From assembly GCA_013265495.1 (NCBI GenBank), contig MU058669.1:1621880-1684089 (forward strand): DNA of 62,210 nt, read 5' to 3'. The notes under the pieces were generated by a model. The model was not told where the DNA came from. It did not search any database and worked only from the letters and a program-made list of their open reading frames with translations. This DNA is from Vicugna vicugna (taxonomy: Eukaryota). Position 1 is the stretch's first letter. Each line of letters starts with the position of its first letter. The translations under genes and the position numbers were made by a program. Shown here one piece after another: positions 12,047 to 24,350 of this stretch.

Positions 12047-14992
12047 CATGGAAGATTGTAGTCTCTAAAAATGGCCACAATAATATTTTTAGTGCCACAT
12101 GTCCCTCCAGAACCTTGCAACTCCCCATCAAAAGCTGTAGTCTCTTTTCATTCCCCTCAAAACTGAGAAAGCTTGACTTTTCCAACCCAGACGGTGAAGT
12201 GATACTTCATGTTTCTGGGGCTGTATTTGTATTTTCTCAAAAAAAAAAAAAAACACAGCTCCCACTTGAACCCCTCTCTTTTGGGGATGTTTTCTCTGGG
12301 AAACCAACCACCATGCTGTGAAGAGGACCACACTCACCCACACAAAGAGACCACGTAGAAAGAAGCTGAGACCCCAGCCAAGAGCCTGGATGAACCACCG
12401 TATCTGTGAGTCAACAAGGCTTCAGAAGATTCCATTCCTCAGAATGAACCTTCTGGGTGAGACTCAGATATCATGGAGGGGAGACAAGGCATCCTCTTTA
12501 CACCCTGTCCGAAGTTCTAACTCAGAGAATCCACAAACATAATAAGGGGTTATTTTATATGCTAGATTTCACAGTAATTTGTTACACAGCACACAGTAAC
12601 TAAAACAGATTTTCATACCTGGAAGTAGGACATTGCGATCACAAAAATACCTAAAACCAGGGGGGTGACTTTGAGACTTGTAGGTGGACAGAGACTGCAA
12701 AACATGGAGAAGAGTATTTATGAAAACTTAAAAGAGCCTTAAAAAGTTAATCAGTGACTCCTGATGGCCCTCCAGGAGACTGAAAGTGAGGGACTCACGG
12801 AGCAGGAGGAAAGCATTACTGGAAGCTGAAAGAAAGAAGGCACTTTTTATGTAGTGGTGCAAAGTTCAGGAGCATGGTGCCCTGTGATAACATGGAAACC
12901 AGAAAAATGTACTGAGTGAACTTGATGACTGAGCCACGGGGATTTCCAGGCAGACTGCTGAAGGTGCAGCCTGGCACTGCAGACTGCCACAGCAACCTAC
13001 AGCAAATGTAAGAAGACAGAGGAATGCGAAGCACAGGACTTGAGAATACCAAGGAGCCAGGACTTCCTGGATTTGGAAATAATGGAACTTCTCATTTCCA
13101 CCCTCTCCAGATGGTCAGGGACGTTCAATTAATAAATGGCTTTGGTGTAGAGATCATATCCAGGACACAGGAAAACAGGATCTGAAGATAAATCCAAAAG
13201 TGTGACTTTGGAACCCTTTGCTAAGATCTCAAAAAAAAAAAAAAAGTAGTATCTCCAAGAGATAAAAGTCTATTTGAGGATCTTAAGGGTATACCTTACA
13301 GATTCTCTCTGTTTAAGTGCAGGATTTCTACAAATCTTAAGGGCATTTTCCTTTTGCAACTTAACAAGAAGTCTAAGATAGATAAGGGCTTATCTCAATG
13401 ATATTTATGGTTGTGACTTTGGTCAGATGGAGTTAATCCCCATAAGATAGATAGGAAGTTTCTAACATTTATGAGGTAACTGTTTTGAAGGAAACATTCA
13501 GGAAAGGATGACACAGAGGTCAGATCCAAGAGTCACAGAGAATCATTCTCAGAAAGTAATCCTGAGGCCCTAAGGACTGGCGACACACACCTGACTGATT
13601 CTCAGAATCCCTGTGAACAGTAAGTGACGTGCGCCCCCGTCCTCGCACTGTTAAATGAGAGGATCCTTAGTACTTATCCTCCGCCAGTTCTCCCATGCTG
13701 TGTTGGGTGTATGATGGGAAAGACAACTGTCTGTATAGATCACAGCTATTTGTATCAAGAGAAACTGTACCTAAGAAACTGTACTGAGAGGCTGCACTCA
13801 AAGAACCTCATTCTCTCCTACAGTTGTTTCAGAGGATGAGATCCTCGACCTCCAACCTGAACCTGATAATGGTAACAGAAGAGAACCAACGTACTCCACC
13901 TTGGACCTTTTCCTTTAGCTCTAACCTTAGTGACCTGTTGCCTGTGCTTTGTCGTGTTGGCTCTGCACCTTTGTGTAAGAATGCTGCCCATAACCTGGAA
14001 CATCTCAAGGGTGTGTCTCCCTTTAAAGAAAGGTGTAACACTTTCCCATAGAGACAAAATTGCAAAACAACTGTCTTGGAGATTTACAGAAACATTATGA
14101 CCAGCCTACATGGACAGTTTCAAGAACAAAGGATTCTGGAACCAAGAAGTTTGCAAAAACCAGCCACACTTCTTGCTCTTTTGGTATAAAAGCCTGAATT
14201 GTAACTCAGATAAAATAGTTCTTTGGGGCACCAATTCACCATGTTCTCGGTCTGCTGGCTTTCTGAATAAAGTTGCTACTCCTTACCCCACTCTGTCTCT
14301 CAATTTATTGGCCTGTCGTGCGGCAAACAGTATGAGCCTGGACTACATAGCAATCCTACAATGGGATGAGGCTTTGGTGGGAGGGTGAGGATGGAAAGGT
14401 TAGTGTATTTTGCAAATATATGGGAAGGATGTGAATCACTGTAGCCAGAGGGTTGACTGTGGCAGAATATATTTTTCAAAAATACTCACAGTATTTCAGA
14501 CCCCATATGCTCTTCAAACTTGCTTATCTCTATCAAAATATAGATGGAATTTTTCTCCTTGGACCTTGACTCTCTTGTGACTGCTACAACCAGGAAAGTA
14601 TGCTGACAACAATGCCATGTGACTTCTGAAAAGGATTGGTTTCCACACGGTCTCTTTACTTGGAATGTTTGTTCTGGAGGAGCCAGCCAGCATCCCACGA
14701 AGAAGCCAAACCAGTCCATGCAAAGAAGCCTACATGGAGAGTAACTGCGACCCCCAGCCAACAGCTAGCATCAACCACCAGGACATATGAGCAAACACAT
14801 CTACAAATGATTCTAGCTCCTAACTTTTAAGTCTTCCATCCAAGGCCTCAGACATCAAGAAAGCAGAGACAAGCCATCTCTGATGTACCATGTCTGAATT
14901 TCTGACCCACAGAATTTATGAGTGCAACATGATTGTTTTACATCATGAATTTTGAGGGTAATTTTTTTATGTAGCATTAGATAACCAGAACA
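12047..14992 (+). mobile_element. MLT1 (ERVL-MaLR) provirus: 5' LTR ~12047-12608, internal region, 3' LTR ~14458-14992
   Basis: Two homologous LTRs, both with TGTGGCAGA(T)TG-like starts and ...GTAATTT(G)TTA..(G)CA..ATAAC..AACA ends. The 5' LTR is followed by GATTTTCATACCTGGAAGTAGG (MLT-int start), and the 3' LTR is preceded by TGTATTTTGCA...GCCAGAGGGTTGAC (MLT-int end). Confidence 0.75.
13870..14352 (+). mobile_element. ERV1-class solo LTR nested in MLT1-int
   Basis: TATAAAA box (~14185), CTGAATAAAGTTGCT polyA signal and an ...ATAGCA end. MLT-int sequence resumes after it. Confidence 0.65.
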
Positions 14993-15687
14993 GGAAAGGG
15001 AATGGTCATATGTAAAAGTTTCACTTTGCTTAGTAATCAGACAAAATTATTTTACAAATGTTTTCCACTAATGTATTTCATCTTTACAAAAAGTCATGGC
15101 TAACATTTTCATTTCTCAATTTACTGTAGCACAATCTTATGGTAAATTTTAGTGATCTAAACCCATAGCTTTTAAATTTAAATTGAACCATGGAAAATGC
15201 AAATCACAGAAATTAAAGTGACTTGACTAAGATCATACACAAATAAACAAGAAAGCCAAGTTTTTGGACTAAAAATATTTTCAGACTCAAATTTTCTGAC
15301 TACAAATCTAATGCTTACATTAACTATTAATATCATCTTCATGAATGTCCATGAAACTCAGGTGTAAATTAGGGAGATTGGCCACTTCAAAAGAAGAATC
15401 ATCAAGCATAACTACGAATTAAGATTCTCTAAGTTAATAAAATAGAAAGAAATGCTTGGTTTACTACCATGCCTCCTGGGAAATCAACATTTAACTCCCT
15501 ATGAATGATACCAGAAGTATTATATGAAAGATGAACATATAGCTTATATGTCACACAAACTAGAATGTCAGCTCCACAAGGGTTTGAAGTTTTGCTTGTC
15601 TTATTTTCATTTTTTAAGTGCTCGGTAGCTTTGGGTTACATGAATAAACCCAAGAATACTTCAAAGATATTCTTTCCCACATTCACC

Positions 15688-16017
15688 GTAGTATGGACTG
15701 AATTAAGTCACTCCCCACCACTAATTCCCAGTGTGATGTCATTTGGAGATGGGGTCGTTGGGCAGGTGGTTGGGTGAAATCACGAAGGTGGGGCTTCATG
15801 GTGGAATTAGTGGCTTTTATAAGAAGAGACACCAGAGAGCTTACTCTTCACCACATGAAGACACAGCAAGAAGGCAGCCACCTGCAAGCCAGGAAGAAGG
15901 TTCTCACCAGAAACTGAATCAGTGAGCACCTTGACCTCAAGAACAGCAACACATAAATGTGTACTGTGTAAGCCGCACTGTATACTTTATTATGGCACTC
16001 CTGAACTGACTAATGCA
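15688..16017 (+). mobile_element. MLT1A-like solo LTR
   Basis: TATGGACTGAAT...TTTGGAGATGGGG...ATTAGTGGCTTTTATAAGAAGAGAC...TTATGGCAC...CTGACTAATGCA. Confidence 0.8.
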
Positions 16018-16559
16018 ACTCAAAGGCTGCGGTCAGGAAAATTCAGAATAAATTGCAGGAAACAGTTTAGAATCATACACACAAAGCTTCAAACCTCACA
16101 GGGACCTTACCATTCATCTAGTCAAGGTCCCCTGCTTGACCAGTGTGGAAAATGAACCTCTGCCTCAGGTCACATAGCTGTCTGGTATCGCAGGACCACA
16201 GAGGCATCTCCTATTTCAGTGTTCTTTTTCTAAGTCTGGTAAACTCACTACTCCCAAGGAGATAAACAGAACTAAAAGACAGACTTAGAAAAATAAATCA
16301 TCAAAGGAAAACAGGATGTTTTCATAGTCTCCCAAACTTTTGAAACTATGAGCTCTGAGAACAGTCAGGTTCCATCATCTCTGTCTCCTGGGTTATTGCT
16401 TGAAACAGACTCCTTATGTGGGGTCTTTGGGGGATACTGCTGATTGGTGTCTGGTTTCTTGTTGTACAGAAGTGGAAACAGATTCAGAAAAGATAAAGGG
16501 ACTTTCTTAGTTTGCAGTTACACAGACAGGATTATCTGATAATTTTACCTTCACTTAGT

Positions 16560-16790
16560 TAAAGTTTATTGAGCTATTACCAAATGCCATACACTGGGCT
16601 AAGTGTTTGATTATCATCTTTTTTTACATCACTCACCAAGGATAAGGCAGAAACTATCAAAAACATCAAAAATCATCTACAGGTGAGAAAAACAGAGAGT
16701 GTGAATCATTTGCCCCAAATCAGACAGCTCATTAGTTGGAGGGCTGGGATTTGAACCCTGGTACACCTGACTCTAACAACCACAACATAG
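16560..16790 (-). mobile_element. MIR SINE
   Basis: TTTATTGAGC...CAGGTGAGAAAAACAGAG...GGGCTGGGATTTGAACCC. Confidence 0.7.
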
Positions 16791-17379
16791 CTTATTAAAA
16801 GAGTGGCTTCTGGTTCAGCACTACAGTATAAGTCCTTTAACAAAATGGGGTTGCTCTAATCAGAGGCCCCTTTTAATGACAAGGAAGTACTTTTACAAAG
16901 AACACTCATTCCTACAGGTCGTTACTTTCCTGCATCCCTTACTTCCTCCAGGACATCTTCATTTCATTACTGCATTTCTTTATTGTCTACAGGGTCTCAG
17001 GTTTCATCACACCTCGTCCAGAACACCCTCCTGAGTGTTCTCCTCCATTCGCAATGTGAGGAGTGGGATGAGAGAAAGTCAGCTGGTCTCCACTTGACCA
17101 GCCGGTCTGCGGAAGTGGCACATCAGTGCCAAGATGCAGGTCCTAGGGAAGGAGGCCAAAAGCCTGCCACAGCCCATTTGTTTTCTTTCAAAGGCCACTG
17201 CACTGGCTGTAGACACATGTCTGGCAGCCTGCATCTGAAGTCATTAATTCCACACCTACTCACAGATGGCTTTACCACGTTCCACAGCATAAGTTCGATT
17301 TCTTTCCAAAGCCTCAACTTGTAACTAGGGGATCACAGAAGTGATAGATGAGTAGATATTATCATGACTTATATCAGCT

Positions 17380-17600
17380 GATATTTGAATACTTACATGC
17401 TTGGCAATTTACAAAACACTTAATACCTCATCTAATCCTCCTGTCAACGCTGTAAAGTAGCCGTTATCACTACCCCCAGTCTACCAATGAGTAAGCGAAG
17501 GATTAGAAGAGGTCACTTGCCCAAGATCATACAGCTATTAAGAAATGGGATTTTTAAAACCGAGTCTGACTTCATAGTCTATGTTCTCTCCTGCTGTGCT
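17380..17600 (-). mobile_element. MIR SINE
   Basis: CTCATCTAATCCTC...GAGGTCACTTGCCCAAGATCATACAGCTATTAAG. Confidence 0.7.
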
Positions 17601-17615
17601 AGAAAAGCTAATAGA

Positions 17616-17650
17616 GACGACGACGATGATGACGATGACGATGACGATGC
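17616..17650. repeat. (GAC/GAT)n trinucleotide repeat
   Basis: GACGACGACGATGATGACGATGACGATGACGATG. Confidence 0.9.
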
Positions 17651-19159
17651 TGCTAAGGATGACAACGTCAGCAACAACAAAGCACAGCCAGGGGCCCCGC
17701 ACTGTGCCAAGTGCTTTACACTCACTGTTTCACTCAATGGCCACAATTCTTCCTGGAACGTGGTACCAATGCCTTCACCTTCCCTGGAGAAACCGAGCTA
17801 ATTTAGAGGGGGTCGGGGCTACACGACCGGTGGCAGCACCAGGATGAAGCCCCTTTGGTCTAGCCCCAGCGCCCACGCTCCAGGCAGTTCTGACCACGGC
17901 CGGCTTACTCTGAAGTTGGGGAAGCTGAGGCTCAGACACGGCAAGCTCCAGGCCCTGTGCCCAGGTCAGGCGAGTCCAGCAGTCCCGCTGCGACACTCCT
18001 CGAGCCTGGATTTCCTTCTCCCGGGAAAGCACTCTCAGCACCGCCTATGAGAGGACTCAGCCAGTCTTCATTTCAGGGAGTAAGGAGCACTGTGAGAAAC
18101 AGTGAGCGACGGAGTGGTCTTGGAGCCAGGACATAAGAACTGAGCCAAGTACTAGCTACTTCACTCTGACCAAGACACTCAACTTGCCTCTGGCTCCTCC
18201 TCTTTCACTGGGGAGCTTACTATGTGATTGGGAAGCTTTGCCGTTGGGGACTATTTCAAGACAGCATGTAGGCAAGAGCTAAATGAGGCTATAAAAATAT
18301 GAAGTGCTATCACTTGAGACCGAATAGATCTCTGTGGGTCAAAGTAATAAAAAGTGAATAATTAAGAAGGTGGCACCTAAGGCTGGCTCTGAAACATCTG
18401 AGAATAACGACTGTGGTTTTTACTATGATCTTACTACACATCAGATACCGAGACAGGTAATTTAGATGTATGATTTCAGTCTACCTTTCTGAAACTCTAT
18501 CATTTACTTTTATTGTGGCTCCTGTTCTAGAAGGGTGGAAACTGAGGCCCAGAGAGGTGCAAGATTAAAGAGCTGACTGGTGACATAGTTGGGATTTGAA
18601 CTAGGGACTCAGCCTCAAACACTACATCATGCTGCCTCTCTGGGTAGGCTGAAGAGACAATTGTGGGGCTGGCCTCAGTGAAAGCTAGAGGCATCCAGGG
18701 AGTTAGATTCTATCCAGCGACTAGCAATCCATGAATTCCTCAATATGGAATTTGGTATTTCAGACCCTAAAATGATTAACCTGGTTATGCCCTGTGCTTT
18801 CAGGCAAGGCAGCCGTCACCACCACTGTGCCTTTCAGAAGTCGAAGGATACTCCCAAGGTCAGACATGCAGGTAATCACCTCCTCCCACAGCACTGCCTC
18901 TTCCTTAACTCCCTGCCTTGAAGCACTGTTTAAATTCATGGACATCAGTTTTCAGGTAGTTAACTGCTCTGTCTATCTTATATAGATATTGCTTTTATAG
19001 AGACCACAGATTACAAATAAGGGTGCTGAGATGTATTAAAGTTCTTCCACAGACAGAAACCTTTATGTAAACACAAGAGACGTGGAAACCTAGAATAAGA
19101 GGCCTTGGACAGTATCACAGACATATAAAAGGGACACTGAAAGGCAAAGGCTTTCCTGC

Positions 19160-19599
19160 TGTTGACTAAAAAATACATAACCTAGGAGTTGAAAGTTATG
19201 TTTTATTCAGCAGACATTTCTGAGGAATTGAGCCCAGGAGGCAGCCTGTAAGACTGCTCTAAGAGATCGCTCCGAAGAGGCAGGGGAGGAGCCAGGATAT
19301 ATAGGAGTTTTGCCACAAAGACCAGGTGGTCAGAGCATCGAAAGGTTGCTGTTAATTAAAGAAAACCAGATATCTCAAGCTAAGGAATTGAGCACTTTTC
19401 TACGTATGAGAAGCTGCAAATGCCTGGGCTCACTGAAATCATTCCTTCGATATGCACCTGGCTATCTAGGGCCAGCATCCTGCTCTTTCACACCCTGAGT
19501 TTCCTCTGCTCACTGTCAGGGGCAGCGGGAGTGACTGATGACTTGATGGCTGCAGCATCCTTTGTTTACTGATAAGGCAGGTAGTATTTTTCATTCACA
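19160..19599 (-). mobile_element. ERV1-class solo LTR with 4-bp TSD CTGC
   Basis: TG...CA termini, CTGC at 19156-19159 and 19600-19603, and an antisense polyA signal (TTTTATT, ~19201) and TATA-like motif (GATATATAGG). Confidence 0.85.
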
Positions 19600-21063
19600 C
19601 TGCTCAGCAAACTATTAAAGCTGGAAGAAACCTTGGAAGGTAGCTCATCCAAAACCCCCATGTCACAGACAGGGAACCTGAAGGGCGAAGTGTAAAATGA
19701 TGCGCACAAGGTTCCACAGATGGCTCATGCTCAGCCTAGGCCAGCACTCAGTTTCCAGACTTGCACTTTGCTGCTCTTTCTCCTCTGCTCTGCTGTCCTC
19801 TCCTTCCTATGTCCATCACTGCTAGGTCTAACCCATGGCTGCTCATTTCAATCACTTGCCAGTTTCTCTGAAGACGACCCAGAATCCATCGCTTTTTAAC
19901 CACCTGTTCCTTACTGAAGCACTCTCTTTGCTGACCTCTCCACCCTCTGCATGCTTGGTTCCCTCAGAGGAAGGCCCTGGAAGGTTTTCATTAACTGACA
20001 GGAGGCTGATCTGACCCCTTTGCAGGTACAAGCGTGCCCATCCCACTGAGCTGGTTACACCACGCAGATTGGGCCGCCTCCAACGGGGAGCCCAGGACAC
20101 TTCTCAAGCAGGACAACTCTGTGTGGAGAGGGACTAGCTCACTGCGAGCAGAACAGCTCCTCAGTACAAAGCCCATTTGATTTCACATAATGGAGGCTGA
20201 GAGGGCTCAGAGTGAAGGATGGTGGAGATTCATTTACATTTTAAATGAGCACAACGTTTGCCTGGGGGCAACACATCCTCCTAATAATCTAATCTGTACA
20301 ACACACCATTCTTTTTTCTCTTAAAAAAATCATTTTCCTTACAGTCAATAAACAAGTGTTTCTCTGCTGCCCAAAGCTGTTACTATCTGCGTATCTTTTA
20401 AGCATAAGATCAAGACTGTGCCTTCAATGTACGGCTAGTCGAATGCACAGAAGCATTTTCACAGGAGTTCATAGACTGAGTGACTCCTGAGATTCTCTTT
20501 AGTTAAAATGCAAAGAATTCTCAATGGGGACAGATTCCCCAGCCAGACATCCAGCCTCCCCTTCCCTTGCAGGGGAAGAAAAAGAAAGAAACACTGCTTG
20601 GCAAGAACGGCTTCACAGATGCTTCAGTGATTCCCAAGCTAATTCCACAGAGAAAAATCCCTTCCCCTCAGGCATCCAGGGTCACAGGAACTGAGTGTGC
20701 TCCACCACAAAGAGTGTTTGTCATTCAGTGAAATTACAGTTTTGAAACAAAATCAACTGAGGACACCAAGAGTCATGGGACAGAACTCTGGAAGGCGCAG
20801 AGGTGATGCCTTTTCTCAGCTCTAGCTTCTCTAATAGGTGTGTAGAGGGCCTTGGTGTAACTAAGGTTTGCCAGGGCTATTTAGTAGAAAAAGACAAAAA
20901 CAAAAACTGATTACGACCCCTCCAACTCCCGTAACCACACCAAGGCACACACATTTACCCCCATCACCCCAAGATAAACAGTTCTTCCATGGGAGGCTCT
21001 GGCTCCTAGCTACACTCCTGTCTTTACTTGAGCAGGTGACTCTGCTTTTCAGAATCTTGGTTT

Positions 21064-21565
21064 TGTTGGCTGCCCCCAAAACATATGCCTAAACGGCACA
21101 TTGATTATTTTGAATTAAACTTACTCAAGAAATGGCTGATGCAAGAGGGACACTCTGACCCTCCTCTCTGCCTCCCTGAAAGCAGGAAATAACCCTCCCA
21201 TGTGAACGGTGCCCTGCCTGCATCTGGAGGTGGAAGGACACTCATTTCCAGAGACAGGGACTTCAGGCCAAGAAGCCTGAATCAACCAACCCTGTTACTT
21301 CTCAAATGTACTACCCCCAAGCCCCAAATCTGTTTAGATTCTTCATTTTCGAGCTCCCAAAACCTAAATAACTTTCTCCTGTCAATTAAGGAATTGACCA
21401 ATTTATTGTTTCTTTGTCTAGTAAGTATAAAAGCTGCCTGCTTTAGCTACTTCTTAGGCCCTATTTCTATGAGATCTCTACGCACATGAATTTGAATGTT
21501 TTATTTTCTCCTGTTAATCTGTCTTGTGTCAATTTTATTATGAGTCCAGTCTCAAGAACACAAGC
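21064..21565 (+). mobile_element. MER34-like ERV1 solo LTR
   Basis: CCCCCAAAACATATGCC...GATTATTTTGAATT start, GTATAAAAGCT TATA box, and CTCCTGTTAATCTGTCTT near the end. Confidence 0.7.
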
Positions 21566-22969
21566 CCATCACTGGGCTGGGAGCAGAAATATAAATTACC
21601 AGGAGAGTTTCTAGGCTAGACTACTGGTCCCAAGCTTTGATTGTGCACACTCTTTAATAAGATACTTTTGACTGTGCACCATAAAGTATATTTATGAATT
21701 CACACAGACATTTTGTGAATACTTTAAATATACACAAAATGTTTTAAAAATTCAAATTGATTTATTAAAGTACATATAAATTTAAATTCTATTTCCCCCA
21801 CATACCACTCTGTTGCCTCTTGGCATGCAGGCATTCCACTTTGAAAAATTCTGACCTAAAGCATCACTGAGTGATCCCTGCCTGCACACTTCGTCTCACT
21901 CTTTCTCCACCTGCAATCAACCTGGAACCAGACAATGACCACAGATAGAGCAAGTGTCGTGCTCAGGTGGGGAGCAGCCAACATCAGAGCTAGAACAAGC
22001 CGTCAGACCTTGAGTGCCCTGAGCTTACGAAAACCCAACTGCTCGGCTGCTGTGAGAGGGTAACACAGGTTCTACCACCTCTGTAACCCTTTTCTGGTGA
22101 TTTGGAACTGAAATATCCCTTCCCTTCAACAAATCTCTACGATGCATTTGTGAGGGACCAGGCATTTTGCTAGATGCTTTTCATCTATTTACATGAAGTC
22201 CAACAACTCAGAGAGAAGACGCTTAATTCTCTTTTACCCAGACTAGGAAAAAAAAAAAGACAAATTAGTTGAAATCTAATCTAGTTATCTGGCGGTAGAC
22301 CTGAAGCATTGACACACTGGTCTCATACTAAACTATGTTCACTACACTGCATTTACAGTAATACGCTATCACCTGTGCCATTCATTTGACATTTACTATG
22401 CACTGCCTTTTACAGCAATAATAATTAGCTGGACTTTGGGCTCCTTCAGTAAGCCGCTTGTGAGAGTACCTACTCTGAAGGTGTCTCCCCCAGACTGACA
22501 TTCCTCCATGAACTTGCAATGAGAACGTGCTAGGTGTTAGGAGCAGTACATGACTTATCTCGCTCAACTGTCCTTGTCATTTTTCAGCACTGTGTAATTA
22601 GACCCATCTTAAAAATGAAAAAAAAAAAAAAGGTCAGATTGGTTTAAAATCTCCTAAAATTGGTTAAAAATCAGTAATTTTATAAGGGAAGGAGTCAGGA
22701 TTTGAACTGTACCCACTTCCCAAGGCCTGACACCACTGGATCTTTTCATATGCCACTTACTATGGGTAGGTCCCTCACTGTACGCTTCACTGATGGGCTG
22801 GCTGGCAGTTCATTTCTCATGTTCCCAACACATGTGACTGACACCTCAGCACATGAGAGGTTCTTTTTTTTTTTAATTCTTCCGTGATGAACTACTTTAG
22901 AACAGGAATACTTGCTATTGGATGCTAAACGATATTCTGGAATTCATTTCATATGAAAGGAATCTGATA

Positions 22970-23243
22970 ACACGTGGCCATTGTGTGTGGCTTATTTCAC
23001 TTAGTATGTTTTCAAGGCTCACCTATGTTATAGCATATACCAATATTTCATTTCTTATTAAAGCAGAGTAATATCTGACACTGCACTTCATGGATATACC
23101 ACATTCTATTTATCCATTCATTAGTTGACAGACACTTGCGTTGCTTCACTTTTTGCCTATTATGAATAATACTGCTGTGAACATTTTTGTAAAACGTTTT
23201 TGTGTAGACAAATATTTTCATTTCCCTTTGGTATACACCTAGG
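22970..23243 (-). mobile_element. Old L1M 3' fragment
   Basis: GGCTTATTTCACTTAGTATGTTTTCAAGG...TATTATGAATAATACTGCTGTGAACATT...TATACACCTAGGA. Confidence 0.75.
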
Positions 23244-23244
23244 A

Positions 23245-24310
23245 AGAAAGGGAAAGAAACAATATTTTATGAAATTATCGCCAAAAGCCCCGCAGCTTTG
23301 AGGATGCAAACAAAAAAAGTGCAAAGAGCATTTCACTCACCATCCAAGTCTACAAAGTTTAAGCCACAGCTACAAAGTTTAAGCCCCTGCAGTCAGGGAG
23401 CAATAGTGCACTCTGCTTCAGACACAGGAAATTAAAGCCAATAGAATGCTCTGTCCTCTGAACAAACAGGCCCCTTAGATAGTCAGGCATATCTCACAAA
23501 GAATTTTAACGAACCCAGCTTCTTGCATCTTCCCATACATAGAAAAGCACTGTAATCATTAACTTGTGATATCTGTTTTTTTGTGACTAGCAGTAATTTT
23601 TTTCCCAAGATGGATGCTTGACTTCATGTATTCCCTGGACAAAAAAAAAAAAAATGTATAAACTAGCCTCTCCCTCTACCTCTTTGGAGGAGAGCTATCT
23701 GAGAGGCTTTCGGGCTACAGTTTCCAGTAAGACCCTGAATGAAACTTAACTCACAAATCTCACATTGTACATTTTCTTTCACTTGATAATGAGAAGTAGT
23801 AATCTACACATCCAAGAATATGAATGAAACCAAGTAAGGCACCTCAGAGTTCTACATCTAGACACATCATATACATCCTATTGAAAGCCAAAGACAAGGA
23901 GAAAACCTTGAAAGCGTCAAGAGAAAATGTATTCTTCACATACAAATGGCCCTCAAATAAATTAAGAGCATACTTCATATCAGAAAAGATGAAGGCCAGA
24001 ATGTAGCAGAATGCAGTACATATTCAAAATGCTGAAACAAAAAACATACCAATCAAGAATTCTATATCCTGCAAAATTTAGGCAAATTTGCAAAGACAAA
24101 AAGAAGATTAGTGATTTCCAGGGACTGAGGGGTGAGGAGGGAACTGCTAATGAGTATAAGGTTTTCTTTATGGGGTGATGAACACACTCTAAAGTTAGAT
24201 AATGGTAATGGCTGTACAATTCTGTGGATATACTAAAATCCAATCACTTGTGCACTTTAAAAGAGTGACTACTATGATATATGAATTATGTATCGCTAAA
24301 GTTGTTTAAA
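23245..24310 (+). mobile_element. Old L1M fragments (ORF1 C-terminal half joined to 3' UTR), interrupted by an LTR
   Basis: ORF 23824-24006 SRHIIYILLKAKDKEKTLKASRE matches the L1 ORF1p PRHII..K.KDKE.ILKAARE motif. The 3' UTR motif TATGAATTATGTATCGCTAAAGTTGTT lies at ~24280-24306. Confidence 0.75.
23306..23788 (+). mobile_element. ERV1-class solo LTR related to the 19160-19599 LTR
   Basis: Shares blocks with the reverse complement of the 19.2 kb LTR (CTTCCCATACATAGAAAAGCACT; CTGAATGAAACTTAACT). Degenerate 4-bp TSD AGGA/ATGA inside L1 ORF1. Confidence 0.7.
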
Positions 24311-24321
24311 AACAAAAACAG

Positions 24322-24350
24322 GATCCAGTGCATGACAAATGCACTGGATC
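24322..24350. repeat. Perfect 12-bp inverted repeat with 5-nt spacer
   Basis: GATCCAGTGCAT-GACAA-ATGCACTGGATC. Confidence 0.95.

Noticed and set aside
17487..17801. 104-aa ORF with a poly-Asp run
   Set aside because: It runs through MIR remnants and a GAY microsatellite, with no homology or exon structure.
18803..18871. Exon-like segment (TTTCAG ... CAG|GTAATC) open in all three frames
   Set aside because: None of the translations resembles a protein I know, and there are no supporting partner exons. RNA-seq would be needed.
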